Source: Candidatus Eiseniibacteriota bacterium (GTDB lineage Bacteria > Eisenbacteria > RBG-16-71-46). Taken from it: 54,321 nt of DNA. Each line of letters opens with the position of its first letter. The first letter of the stretch is position 1. Made by a program: the position numbers and the translations under genes. Positions 1 to 8,106 of this stretch are shown one piece after another. The stretch is taken from positions 1 through 54,321 of the forward strand of contig JBGAOB010000004.1 of NCBI GenBank assembly GCA_044222045.1, read 5' to 3'. The notes beneath the pieces are model-generated. The model made no database searches and had not been told where the DNA came from. It saw nothing but the letters and a program-made list of their open reading frames with translations.

Positions 1-24
1 GCTGGTGTTCGGTCGTCGACCCCA

Positions 25-405
25 TCAGTACGCGCCGATGCGGAAGTCGTTGTAGATGCCGCCGAGATTGCGGACCACGACGCGGAAGTCGCCGCCGCGA
101 GTCACGAAGAACGTGGCGACGCACTCGTCGCTGCTGTCCGTGTCGGAGGCGATCAGGCGACCGAAGCCGTCGTACACGAGGAGATCCAGGTCCGACGTGC
201 CGTCGCCGCTCACCGTGATCTGCGTCCACTCGCCACCGCTGCAGCAGACGTCGAAGCTCCGGCTCGCGAACGCCTCCACGCGGTGATTCCCCCACTCGGC
301 GCCGTTGCACGGATCCGCCGCCGCCCCGCGCGGCATCGCGGCCGAGATCGTCATCGCCGTCACCACCGCCAGCATCGCCACACCGATCGCACGCATCGTC
401 TTCAT
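25..405 (-). CDS. Small secreted stand-alone PPC-like (pre-peptidase C-terminal-type beta-sandwich) protein
   Basis: ATG at 405 with AGGAGG RBS. Signal peptide MKTMRAIGVAMLAVV...AAA. PPC-like motif GDGTSDLDLLVYDGFGRLIASDTD...GDFRVVVRN. Paralog of 4759-5118. Confidence 0.75.
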   Translation of the reverse strand: MKTMRAIGVAMLAVVTAMTISAAMPRGAAADPCNGAEWGNHRVEAFASRSFDVCCSGGEWTQITVSGDGTSDLDLLVYDGFGRLIASDTDSSDECVATFFVTRGGDFRVVVRNLGGIYNDFRIGAY

Positions 406-479
406 CGTTGCCTCCTGGTCGCCGGCCCATCGGGCCGCGGGTCTGGTTCCGGCGCTTCCCACGAGCGCCTTCGCCCCCT

Positions 480-507
480 TCGTTGCGCAGGACGCGACGG
501 TGTGACA
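480..507 (-). promoter_or_regulatory. Putative ECF sigma promoter, copy 1 (TGTCACA-N14-GCAACGA)
   Basis: Minus strand TGTCACAccgtcgcgtcctgcGCAACGA upstream of 25-405. Four more copies have identical spacing. Confidence 0.75.
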
Positions 508-691
508 GCGATCGTGAAAACGGCGCCCGTGTGTGGGCGGAGGCGCTTTTTCATGGGGGAATCCCGCACCGGGCTTGCTAGGCTTCCCGGGCGGGAAAGG
601 CGTCAGCGGGCGTCCGTTCCCCGTTCACAGTCCGGACGTCCGGTGCGCCGGGCGTCACGACCGATGGACATCGACGCCTGGAGCCCTTCCC

Positions 692-3600
692 ATGCGCTTG
701 CGCCAATGGGTGCTCGCCGGCCATTTCGCCGCAGCACTCCTCGCCCTCGCCGCGATCGCCGCCCCCGCGCGTGCCGCACGCACGCTCATCAGCCCGAAGC
801 CGATCGACCGGCCGTACCCGACGTTCGCGGGCATCGTGATCGGCTCGTTCCGCCCGACCTGCAGCCAGGTGACGATTCACGCGGCAAGGCGCTCGGGCGA
901 CGAGCAAGACAGCTGCTGGTACTACCTCTGCGGGGGCACCTTCGACGTGCTGTGCGTGGCCGAATCGGCATCGGTCGCGGCGAACCTCACGGCCGGTGAC
1001 AGCTTCTTCAATGGCCGAAACGCCGATGGGAGCGGGCACAATTCCAATACGCAGAACTTGGACTGGCGGAATCGGACTCTTCCTGTCCGGTGGGAGAGTT
1101 CTCCACGCAACTGGAAACTCTATGGACAGGCTCGCTGGCAGGACGGCCTTCAGCTTCTGAACTACGGTGACTCGGCCACTGTTGTGGTCACGGGCCTCAC
1201 ACCCGGTCTGGCGTACACGCTGTATGGAACGACCAGCCCCATCTCCCCTCCTGGCTACTATGGGGTATGCACCAACCTCATCGCGTGGGTGACCGACGAC
1301 ACCAGTTCGACCGCGTCGCCGTGGCCGGTCGCGCCGGAGGTCTCGCTGCCCGTGCTCGACCTCGGCACTGCCTCGACGATCGATGCCGCGCCGGCACCGG
1401 CTGGTGGCGCGATCTCATGGGGATTCACCTCCGAACCAGGCTATATGTCTCGCATGGACTCGCGCGGCAGGCTGGCCACCTCGAACAGGTTGATTCACTC
1501 CAGCAGTCTCGGGCTCACGGCACCTGGACGTTGGTGCGCGATGACCGACGCACGGGGGAACTCTCTCATCCTTCTCGGTGAGCGTCGGCCCGGATTCGGT
1601 GGCAGCGTCATCGCGGCTCGCCGAGTGGATCCCGAGGGGTACCCACTGCCAGGCTGGCCCTCATCGCCACTTGCGTCAGCACGCGTCGTACTCGACGCAC
1701 AGGAAGACCAAGATGAGCCCACCGCAACTCCGACCTCCGACGGCGGCGCCATCCTCGCGTGGGCCGACACGCGGCATGCGCCGGGGACGCGTACCTGGCA
1801 GCTTCACAGCTCGGTCTTCGCCGAAGATGTCTACTCTCTCGATCGAGCCGACCTGGATGGCGACGGTGACGACGAAGTGATCTCCGTGCAGATCTCGCGT
1901 GACAGCCTCGAGATCTTCGACGTGCGGCAGGGAGCACTTGCGAAAGTGGTGACGTTGCCGACACGCCACAACCCCTATGCCTGTCGATCTGCGGATCTGA
2001 ACAACGACGGGCTCCCCGACCTCGTCGTCGCGTGTGGCAACAGCGACTCGCTCGATCTCTTCCTCAGCACGTCGACGCCGTTCGGCTTCACGCACTCGTG
2101 GCGAGGAAGCGCGGGGCGCGCTGTCGACCTCCGTCTCGTCGACGTGAACAACGACGGCCTCCTGGACATCGTGCACACTCGCCCGGCCGACAGCACCGTC
2201 GTGGTGCGGCGCGGCCTCGGCGGTGGCACGTTCACTCCGCCCAGTGCATACAAGACGCCCGGCGAGCCGCAGTTCCTCGCCACGGGAGACTTCGACGGCG
2301 ACGGGCTCGTCGATCTCGCCGTGCTCAGTTACCTGACACCAGGCATCGTCCGCGCGTTTCGGAATCTCGGCGGAGGCGTATTCGCCGCTGCCGGGGACCG
2401 CCAGGTCGGCTCGATTTCGCACGCGATCGTCGCGGGCCAGTTCGACGGGGATTCGCGGGACGACGTGGCCGTTGCGCCCGGACTGGGAGGAACGAGCACC
2501 GCGATGCAGATCCTGCACGGCGGCAGCTCCGGCAACCTGCTCGGTGGCGGGACTTCAACCCTCACACTCTCAGGAAAGCCTTACACGCTCGTGGCGGACG
2601 ACTTCGATCGGGACGGCTGGGTCGACATCGCCGCCGCGTACGCGTCGAGTCCGTCGGCCCCTCAGATCTGCTGGGGATCTCCCCTGGGGCCGGACGCGGC
2701 GGTAGGACTTCCCACATACGCTCGAGCGGCCTGCATCGTGGCGGCCGATCTCGACGGAGACGGAACAGGCGAGATCCTTCACCCGGACGCGAATGGCGAC
2801 AATGCCGAGCTCCTAGTCCTCCGGAACGTCAAGACGCGCCGAGACATCTACGCGCTTCGTGTCCAACCCGACGGCACACCCGCGACAGGCTGGCCGACGG
2901 CGGGGCTCGCGCTCGCCACCGACGGCAGCGACGTGACCCATCTGCACATCGCGCCCGATGGCGCGGATGGCGCATACGTGGCCTTCGACCGCGTCGAGCC
3001 GCTCTATGGTGGCGCATGGATCCAACACGTGCGCTCGAACGGTGTGCTTGCCGCCGGCTGGCCCGACTCGAGCGCGGGAGGTGCCCCCGTCGACCTCTCG
3101 CCCGCGACCCACCGGGTGGAGGACCTCGTGCGCGGAAACACGGATGTCGCCGGCAACGGTGGCGCCACGGTGGCGTTCCTGACCGACGTGGGTGACCCGT
3201 GGTTCCAGGAGGCGCGCGTCGCGCGCATCAGTGGCGCGGGAACGGTCTCGTGGATGCTCAGCCTCGGAGACGGTTCCTTCCCCCGGCTCGCACGCTGGCC
3301 CGACGGTTCGGTGCAGGTGGTGTGGCGCAGCGTGGGGGGCGCATTGAGAACAACCCGCCTGACCGCGACGGGAGCTGCACAACCGGGGTGGGCACTCTCG
3401 GGTGTTCTGCTTTCCGCGAGCGCCGACTCCGTTCCGGCCGCTGCCGCGCTCTCCGACTCGGCGCACGTGATGATTGCGTGGAGCGAGCCGACGGGCGTCC
3501 GCGTCCGGCGGTTCGGCGCCGACGCGGTCACGGGCACGTGGGCCGCGTCCATCGCGGTTATGGTCGAGCCTTCGACCCGCATGATCATCGTTCCGGGCAC

Positions 3601-4609
3601 GGAAGGCGCCGGCATCCTCGTCGCGAGCACGGCGACCGAGGTCGTCGCGCAGAGACTCGACCCGGCCGGCGCGCTGGGCGACCTGTCACCGGCCCTCGAT
3701 CGCGCCACCGACTGGCGCGCGGACCAGGGCGGCATCGTGCGCGTGAGTTGGCTGCCCTCACAGCTCGAGCGCTCCACCGCATTCGCAAGCCATGGCGGGC
3801 TCTACCGTCTCTACACGGTAGCCGCGAACGGCACTCGCACGCTCGTGAGCACGAAGGTGTCGGGCTCGGGGTGTTCGTACTGGGCCGACATTGCCGTGCC
3901 CGGGGTGGCCCGGGCTGCGGAAGGTGCCGTGGCGCCGTTCACCGTGTTCGAGCTCGAAACCTTCGATCCCGTCACGGGCGAATCCCGCCTCGCCCCGCGC
4001 GACAGCGCCTTCTCGGTCGATGATATCCCGCCGCCTGCCCCAACCGCATTCAGCTCCGCATTCACCGCGAGCGGACCGGGAACCGGCATCACCGAGTTCG
4101 ACTGGACCCCGACGCCGGTCGGCGATCTCGCGGAGTACCGGATCTTCGGCAGCCCGGATTCGCTGTTCTGGTCGCACATGACGACGACGCCCGCACCGGC
4201 CTCGCACGCCAACGCCCCGACGCCCGCGGGGAGGATGTTCTTCCGGCTCTACGCCGCGGACATCCACGGCAATACGAGCGCGCCGGCTTCGCCGGTGTTC
4301 CAGCTCGGCGCACCCGGAACCGGCGCCCCACTCACCCTGTCCTTCGCCCCGCCCTCGCCGAGCCCCGCCCGCACGAGCACGCGGATGCGGCTCTCGCTTC
4401 CCGCGCGCGCGCAGGTCGAGCTCACCGCATTCGACCTGCTCGGTCGGCGCGTGCGGCGCATCGCGGAGGGCGAGCGCTCCGCCGGCCTGTACGACCTGTC
4501 CTGGGACCTGCGCGATGACGAAGGGCGGGCGCTCGCGCCGGGGCTCTACCTGGTTCGCCTTCGCACCCAGGGTCACGAGTTCCGCCATCGCGTCCTCGTC
4601 GTTCGATAG
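692..4609 (+). CDS. Large secreted FG-GAP/VCBS repeat protein with propeller-like repeats and C-terminal FlgD-Ig (T9SS-like sorting) domain
   Basis: Signal peptide MRLRQWVLAG...ARA. Several ADLDGDG/DLNNDG/GDFDGDG repeats. C-terminal PSPARTST...FDLLGRRVR...WDLRDDEGRALAPGLYLVRL. Confidence 0.85.
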   Translation: MRLRQWVLAGHFAAALLALAAIAAPARAARTLISPKPIDRPYPTFAGIVIGSFRPTCSQVTIHAARRSGDEQDSCWYYLCGGTFDVLCVAESASVAANLTAGDSFFNGRNADGSGHNSNTQNLDWRNRTLPVRWESSPRNWKLYGQARWQDGLQLLNYGDSATVVVTGLTPGLAYTLYGTTSPISPPGYYGVCTNLIAWVTDDTSSTASPWPVAPEVSLPVLDLGTASTIDAAPAPAGGAISWGFTSEPGYMSRMDSRGRLATSNRLIHSSSLGLTAPGRWCAMTDARGNSLILLGERRPGFGGSVIAARRVDPEGYPLPGWPSSPLASARVVLDAQEDQDEPTATPTSDGGAILAWADTRHAPGTRTWQLHSSVFAEDVYSLDRADLDGDGDDEVISVQISRDSLEIFDVRQGALAKVVTLPTRHNPYACRSADLNNDGLPDLVVACGNSDSLDLFLSTSTPFGFTHSWRGSAGRAVDLRLVDVNNDGLLDIVHTRPADSTVVVRRGLGGGTFTPPSAYKTPGEPQFLATGDFDGDGLVDLAVLSYLTPGIVRAFRNLGGGVFAAAGDRQVGSISHAIVAGQFDGDSRDDVAVAPGLGGTSTAMQILHGGSSGNLLGGGTSTLTLSGKPYTLVADDFDRDGWVDIAAAYASSPSAPQICWGSPLGPDAAVGLPTYARAACIVAADLDGDGTGEILHPDANGDNAELLVLRNVKTRRDIYALRVQPDGTPATGWPTAGLALATDGSDVTHLHIAPDGADGAYVAFDRVEPLYGGAWIQHVRSNGVLAAGWPDSSAGGAPVDLSPATHRVEDLVRGNTDVAGNGGATVAFLTDVGDPWFQEARVARISGAGTVSWMLSLGDGSFPRLARWPDGSVQVVWRSVGGALRTTRLTATGAAQPGWALSGVLLSASADSVPAAAALSDSAHVMIAWSEPTGVRVRRFGADAVTGTWAASIAVMVEPSTRMIIVPGTEGAGILVASTATEVVAQRLDPAGALGDLSPALDRATDWRADQGGIVRVSWLPSQLERSTAFASHGGLYRLYTVAANGTRTLVSTKVSGSGCSYWADIAVPGVARAAEGAVAPFTVFELETFDPVTGESRLAPRDSAFSVDDIPPPAPTAFSSAFTASGPGTGITEFDWTPTPVGDLAEYRIFGSPDSLFWSHMTTTPAPASHANAPTPAGRMFFRLYAADIHGNTSAPASPVFQLGAPGTGAPLTLSFAPPSPSPARTSTRMRLSLPARAQVELTAFDLLGRRVRRIAEGERSAGLYDLSWDLRDDEGRALAPGLYLVRLRTQGHEFRHRVLVVR

Positions 4610-4626
4610 CCCCCGGACGAGCCGAA

Positions 4627-4653
4627 GCCCCGCCGGGGATCTCCCGGCGGGGC
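4627..4653. terminator. GC-rich hairpin between convergent genes (possible terminator)
   Basis: gccccgccggg-gatct-cccggcggggc, a perfect 11-bp stem. No strong U-tract. Confidence 0.45.
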
Positions 4654-4758
4654 GAGGGGCCCGACCTCCACGTCAGCGGGTCGCGGGGCCGCGCCGCTCT
4701 CGTCGCACTCGGCGTGGGGCGGCTCCTCCTTTCCGGTGCGCCCACGCACCGGCGGGAA

Positions 4759-5118
4759 TCACCGCGCCGTGATCCGGTACTCGTTCCAGACGGACCCGCG
4801 GTTGTCGACCTCGATGCGATAGCTGCCGCCGCGCGGCACGTAGAACCGCGTGATGCACACGTCGGTGTCGTCGTCGTCCGACGCGATCATGCGGCCGCTC
4901 TCGTCGTACACGTACAGATCGAGATCGGTGTCGTGGTCGCCGATCACGGTCACGCTCGCGTACTCGCCGCCGCGGAACGACACGTTGAACGCATCCTCCG
5001 ACCACGCGTTCACGCGGTGCACACCCGTCTGCGTCCCTCCCCAGGGACCCGCCACCGCCGCCTGCGCCACCGCCACCACCACCAGCACCGCCGGCACGAT
5101 TCCGTTGATCTTGCGCAT
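4759..5118 (-). CDS. Small secreted stand-alone PPC-like protein (paralog of 25-405)
   Basis: AGGAGG RBS and signal peptide. GDHDTDLDLYVYDESGRMIASDDDDTDVC...GGSYRIEVDNRG aligns by eye with 25-405. Confidence 0.8.
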   Translation of the reverse strand: MRKINGIVPAVLVVVAVAQAAVAGPWGGTQTGVHRVNAWSEDAFNVSFRGGEYASVTVIGDHDTDLDLYVYDESGRMIASDDDDTDVCITRFYVPRGGSYRIEVDNRGSVWNEYRITAR

Positions 5119-5194
5119 CGTCTACCTCCTGTCGGTGAGCCCGATGGGCTCGTGGTCTTCGTTCCGGCGCTCCGTCCGAGCGCCTTCACACCGT

Positions 5195-5222
5195 TCGTTG
5201 CTCGACCCGGCGGGCTGTGACA
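5195..5222 (-). promoter_or_regulatory. Putative ECF sigma promoter, copy 2
   Basis: Minus strand TGTCACAgcccgccgggtcgaGCAACGA. Confidence 0.75.
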
Positions 5223-5301
5223 TCGGAGTTCCCCGCGCGCCACGAACCGCGGTCGCGCCGCCGATGGAGTGGTGGACGGCGGCGCCGCAGGCACGAGACA
5301 C

Positions 5302-5335
5302 GAAGAAGCGGACCGGCCGCATGGGCCGATCCGCT
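5302..5335 (-). terminator. Putative intrinsic terminator after the Cys-rich precursor gene
   Basis: Minus strand hairpin agcggatcggcc-catgc-ggccggtccgct followed by TCTTC. Confidence 0.5.
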
Positions 5336-5365
5336 CCTCGTACCGAGCTCCGCTTGCCGCGCGGG

Positions 5366-5734
5366 TCAGTCGCCGTGGCGCAGGTGGCGCAGTCCCTCGC
5401 GCCAGGGATGCACGCGGGCCCCGCGACAGTCGCTGCCCTCGCAGTCGCCCGCGGCGCGCGCGGCGCGACAGTCGCCCGTATCGCAGACCCGCGGGCGGGC
5501 GACCCGGCCGCGACAGTCGCTGCCCTCGCAGTCGCCGCGGGCCGATGCGACCGCCGCCGCCGCAGGCGCGCTCCCGGCGAAGCACGGATCCGTATCGCAT
5601 TCGCCGCGAACGACAACCACCACCGTGGCCGGTGCAGGGGTCTCGATGCACGGATCCGTCTCGCAGCTCCGTCCCGGGCCGGCCATCGCCACGAGCCCCA
5701 GTCCCAGCGCCAATCCCATCACGATCGCTTTCAT
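5366..5734 (-). CDS. Secreted Cys-rich repeat peptide (122 aa) with five C-x4-C motifs; possible multi-core peptide precursor
   Basis: AAGGAGGT RBS and ATG at 5734. Signal peptide MKAIVMGLALGLGLVAMA. Cores CETDPC, CDTDPC, CEGSDC, CDTGDC, CEGSDC. A 29-bp exact DNA repeat lies at 5421-5449 and 5508-5536. Confidence 0.75.
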   Translation of the reverse strand: MKAIVMGLALGLGLVAMAGPGRSCETDPCIETPAPATVVVVVRGECDTDPCFAGSAPAAAAVASARGDCEGSDCRGRVARPRVCDTGDCRAARAAGDCEGSDCRGARVHPWREGLRHLRHGD

Positions 5735-5795
5735 CCGCCACCTCCTTCGTTCGAGTGTCCGCCGTGGATCCGGCGGCCCGTTGCCGCCGCCCGCT

Positions 5796-5823
5796 TCGTT
5801 GCCCGGAGCCCCCGCGTGTGAAA
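5796..5823 (-). promoter_or_regulatory. Putative ECF sigma promoter, copy 3
   Basis: Minus strand TTTCACAcgcgggggctccggGCAACGA (one mismatch in the -35 element). Confidence 0.7.
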
Positions 5824-5835
5824 CCCCGTCCGGCG

Positions 5836-6210
5836 CTAGTTCACGTTCAGCGACACGGCGGCAGGCACGTCGCTGTCGTTCTCGACCGTGATCTCCACGC
5901 GTCCGCCCCCCTGCGCGGCGCCCCCGACGACGTCCGCACCCGTGTACGCGCCCTCGGCGGCCAGCGAGCCCGAGGCGTCGAAGACCCGGACCTCCATGCC
6001 CACGGTGACGAGCCCCGGGCTGCACGCGACGGCCCACGTGCCGTCGTGCGCGAACGTCTGCCCGACCACGACCCGCTCGCCCGGATTCACCGAGCGCGTG
6101 TTGAGCGCGGTCGCGAGGATGTCCTCCGCCATGCACCCCGTGAGCGAAGCGCCGATCAGCCCCGCCAGCACCAGCGCCACCGCCGCCCGCATCGCCTTCC
6201 CCTTCGCCAT
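5836..6210 (-). CDS. Small lipoprotein, predicted all-beta, possibly a distant PPC-like domain
   Basis: GGAGGT RBS and ATG at 6210. Lipobox SLTG-C. MEVRVFDASGSLAAE...GRVEITVEN resembles the PPC-like paralogs. Confidence 0.7.
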   Translation of the reverse strand: MAKGKAMRAAVALVLAGLIGASLTGCMAEDILATALNTRSVNPGERVVVGQTFAHDGTWAVACSPGLVTVGMEVRVFDASGSLAAEGAYTGADVVGGAAQGGGRVEITVENDSDVPAAVSLNVN

Positions 6211-6281
6211 GCCGCACCTCCCGTTCGAGGGCGGGCACCGCGCGCCGTCCGGGGCGCGGCGTCTCCGCCAGTACACCCCGG

Positions 6282-6309
6282 TCGTTGCGCCCACCGGCCG
6301 CGTGTGACA
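6282..6309 (-). promoter_or_regulatory. Putative ECF sigma promoter, copy 4
   Basis: Minus strand TGTCACAcgcggccggtgggcGCAACGA. Confidence 0.75.
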
Positions 6310-6411
6310 CGTCGACTGCCGATGGTTTTCGTTGACCCTGTCGCACGCACTTCCCTAGGCTCCCGCCCCACGCGCCGCGCCAACCCGGCCGGCGGGAGGC
6401 CCGCTCAGACC

Positions 6412-6993
6412 GTGACGGAACCCATCGCCGCCCGAGACGAACAGCGCATCGCGTCCGAAGCCCGCGCCTGGTACATCGCCTTCTTCGAGCGGCGTGTCGG
6501 TGCGCGGGGTCGCGACCTCGCAGACGACCTCGCGCAGGAAGCGGCCATCGGCCTGCTGCGCGCCCTGCGCGCGACCGGTGCCGACTCGATCGAGGCCCTG
6601 CGCGCGACCATCGGAACGCGTACGTGGTTCGGCTTCCTGCGCCGCGAGTACCGGTGGAAGAAGGTCTGGGACGACACCGCCGTCGAGGAGACGGACGCGC
6701 CCGCGCCGCCCGCGACGCAGCCCGGAGCCCACCTGCGCGTGGGTGATCCGGGCGAGCGGCTCCGATTCCAGGTGCTCGAGTTCTATCGCGCCCACAACGC
6801 GAAGTGCCTGGGGCTCGCCGAGCTCTTCTTTGGCGGCGTGGACTGGATGGACGCCGCCTCGCGGCTGAACCTGGGGTACGCCGCCATCCGCCAACAGTGG
6901 TCCCGTTGCCTCAAGCTGTTGCGCGAAGTCGTGACCCGCGACGAGGACCTGCGCGACTCGCTCTGGTCCTTCTGGGGCGACAGCGATGCCTGA
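6412..6993 (+). CDS. Divergent ECF-type RNA polymerase sigma factor
   Basis: Region 2 motif DLADDLAQEA and region 4 HTH FFGGVDWMDAASRLNLGYAAIRQQWSRCLKLLR. Start uncertain: GTG 6412 after GGAGG, or ATG 6322. Confidence 0.75.
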   Translation: MTEPIAARDEQRIASEARAWYIAFFERRVGARGRDLADDLAQEAAIGLLRALRATGADSIEALRATIGTRTWFGFLRREYRWKKVWDDTAVEETDAPAPPATQPGAHLRVGDPGERLRFQVLEFYRAHNAKCLGLAELFFGGVDWMDAASRLNLGYAAIRQQWSRCLKLLREVVTRDEDLRDSLWSFWGDSDA

Positions 6994-6997
6994 CGCC

Positions 6998-7025
6998 CGT
7001 CACAGCGAAGCCCGCCGCGCAACGA
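6998..7025 (+). promoter_or_regulatory. Putative ECF sigma promoter, copy 5, upstream of anti-sigma/protease
   Basis: Plus strand CGTCACAgcgaagcccgccgcGCAACGA immediately after the sigma stop codon. Confidence 0.7.
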
Positions 7026-7146
7026 TGCTGGGGAGGGGCCGGGGAGTCGGGGGCGCTCGCGGCGGAAGCGTCACCCGGTGCACGGGGCGCACGTCCGTGG
7101 ATCCACCACGTCGGCGCGGCCCTGCAGAGGCCCTTGAGGTCAGCGA

Positions 7147-8106
7147 ATGAACGACACGCGAACGCCTTCGGACGGCCCGCCGCCGGCCGACCACGCCTGG
7201 GTGCTCAGCCGGCTGGCCCCCTACTGGGCGGGACTGCTGGAGGACTCGGCGAACGAGCGCGTCGAGTCCCACGTCGCCTCGTGCGAGCCGTGCCGGCGCG
7301 CATGGGAGGCGCAATCCGCGACGCCAGCGTTCGCGCCGGGCACCGAAGCGCACGTACCGGCCGCGCTCGTGGCGGACTGGGAGCGCCAGCAACGCACGCT
7401 GCGCGGGCTCGAACGAGCCACGATCCGCCATCATCTCGAACGCTGCGACGACTGCCGTCGCGACCTCGTGGCACTCGGTCACGAGCCCGTGCTGGAGTTC
7501 ATCGCGGCGCTGGAGCCCGAAGGCATGATGCCGCGGGCCACGCCTTCGCCCGCCGCGGCGCGGCGAACGGAGCGACCGACGGCGATGGACCACGCGCTCG
7601 ACCGCCTGCGTCGTTTCAACTGGGTCCTCGGAAGCTGGGCCGCACTCGCCACGAGCGCTGCCGCGGTGATGACGTTCGTCCTGTTGCGCGGTGGAGCGCC
7701 GATTCCGGAGGGCACGCTGCCGCAACCCGGATTCGGCGGGCCGGGCACGACGAGCATCACCTCCGGGGCGTTCCCCTCGGTGGAAGCCGCCGTCACGCTC
7801 GTGCTGCAGCCGGATGCGCCCGGCGAGGGACCGGTCGCGCTCACCCCGGCCATGTCGCCGCGACGGGTGATCGCGCTGCAGGTGCGAGGTCTGACCGCCG
7901 CGCCCCGCGACAGCCTCGCGTTCGTGATCGAGCAGGGCTCGCGCACCGTCGTCCGGCAGTCGCTGCGGGCGAAGCTCGCCGCGGATTCGGTGTTCACGGT
8001 GATCCTGCGCGGAGCGCCGACAGCGCTGCCGCCGGGGGCCTACCGGCTTCTCGTCGGGGATGCCGCCGGAGAGAGGGCGTATGTCTTCCGAATCGCGGAG
8101 CACTGA
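7147..8106 (+). CDS. Membrane anti-sigma factor with two tandem zf-HC2 (ZAS) zinc fingers
   Basis: HVASCEPC and HLERCDDC (Hx3Cx2C). One TM helix WVLGSWAALATSAAAVMTFVLL, then an extracytoplasmic beta-rich domain. Lies downstream of the sigma gene. Confidence 0.8.
   Translation: MNDTRTPSDGPPPADHAWVLSRLAPYWAGLLEDSANERVESHVASCEPCRRAWEAQSATPAFAPGTEAHVPAALVADWERQQRTLRGLERATIRHHLERCDDCRRDLVALGHEPVLEFIAALEPEGMMPRATPSPAAARRTERPTAMDHALDRLRRFNWVLGSWAALATSAAAVMTFVLLRGGAPIPEGTLPQPGFGGPGTTSITSGAFPSVEAAVTLVLQPDAPGEGPVALTPAMSPRRVIALQVRGLTAAPRDSLAFVIEQGSRTVVRQSLRAKLAADSVFTVILRGAPTALPPGAYRLLVGDAAGERAYVFRIAEH

Noticed and set aside
5421-5665. Short direct repeats as a CRISPR array
   Set aside because: They are in-frame coding repeats of the Cys peptide with irregular spacing, and no cas genes are present.
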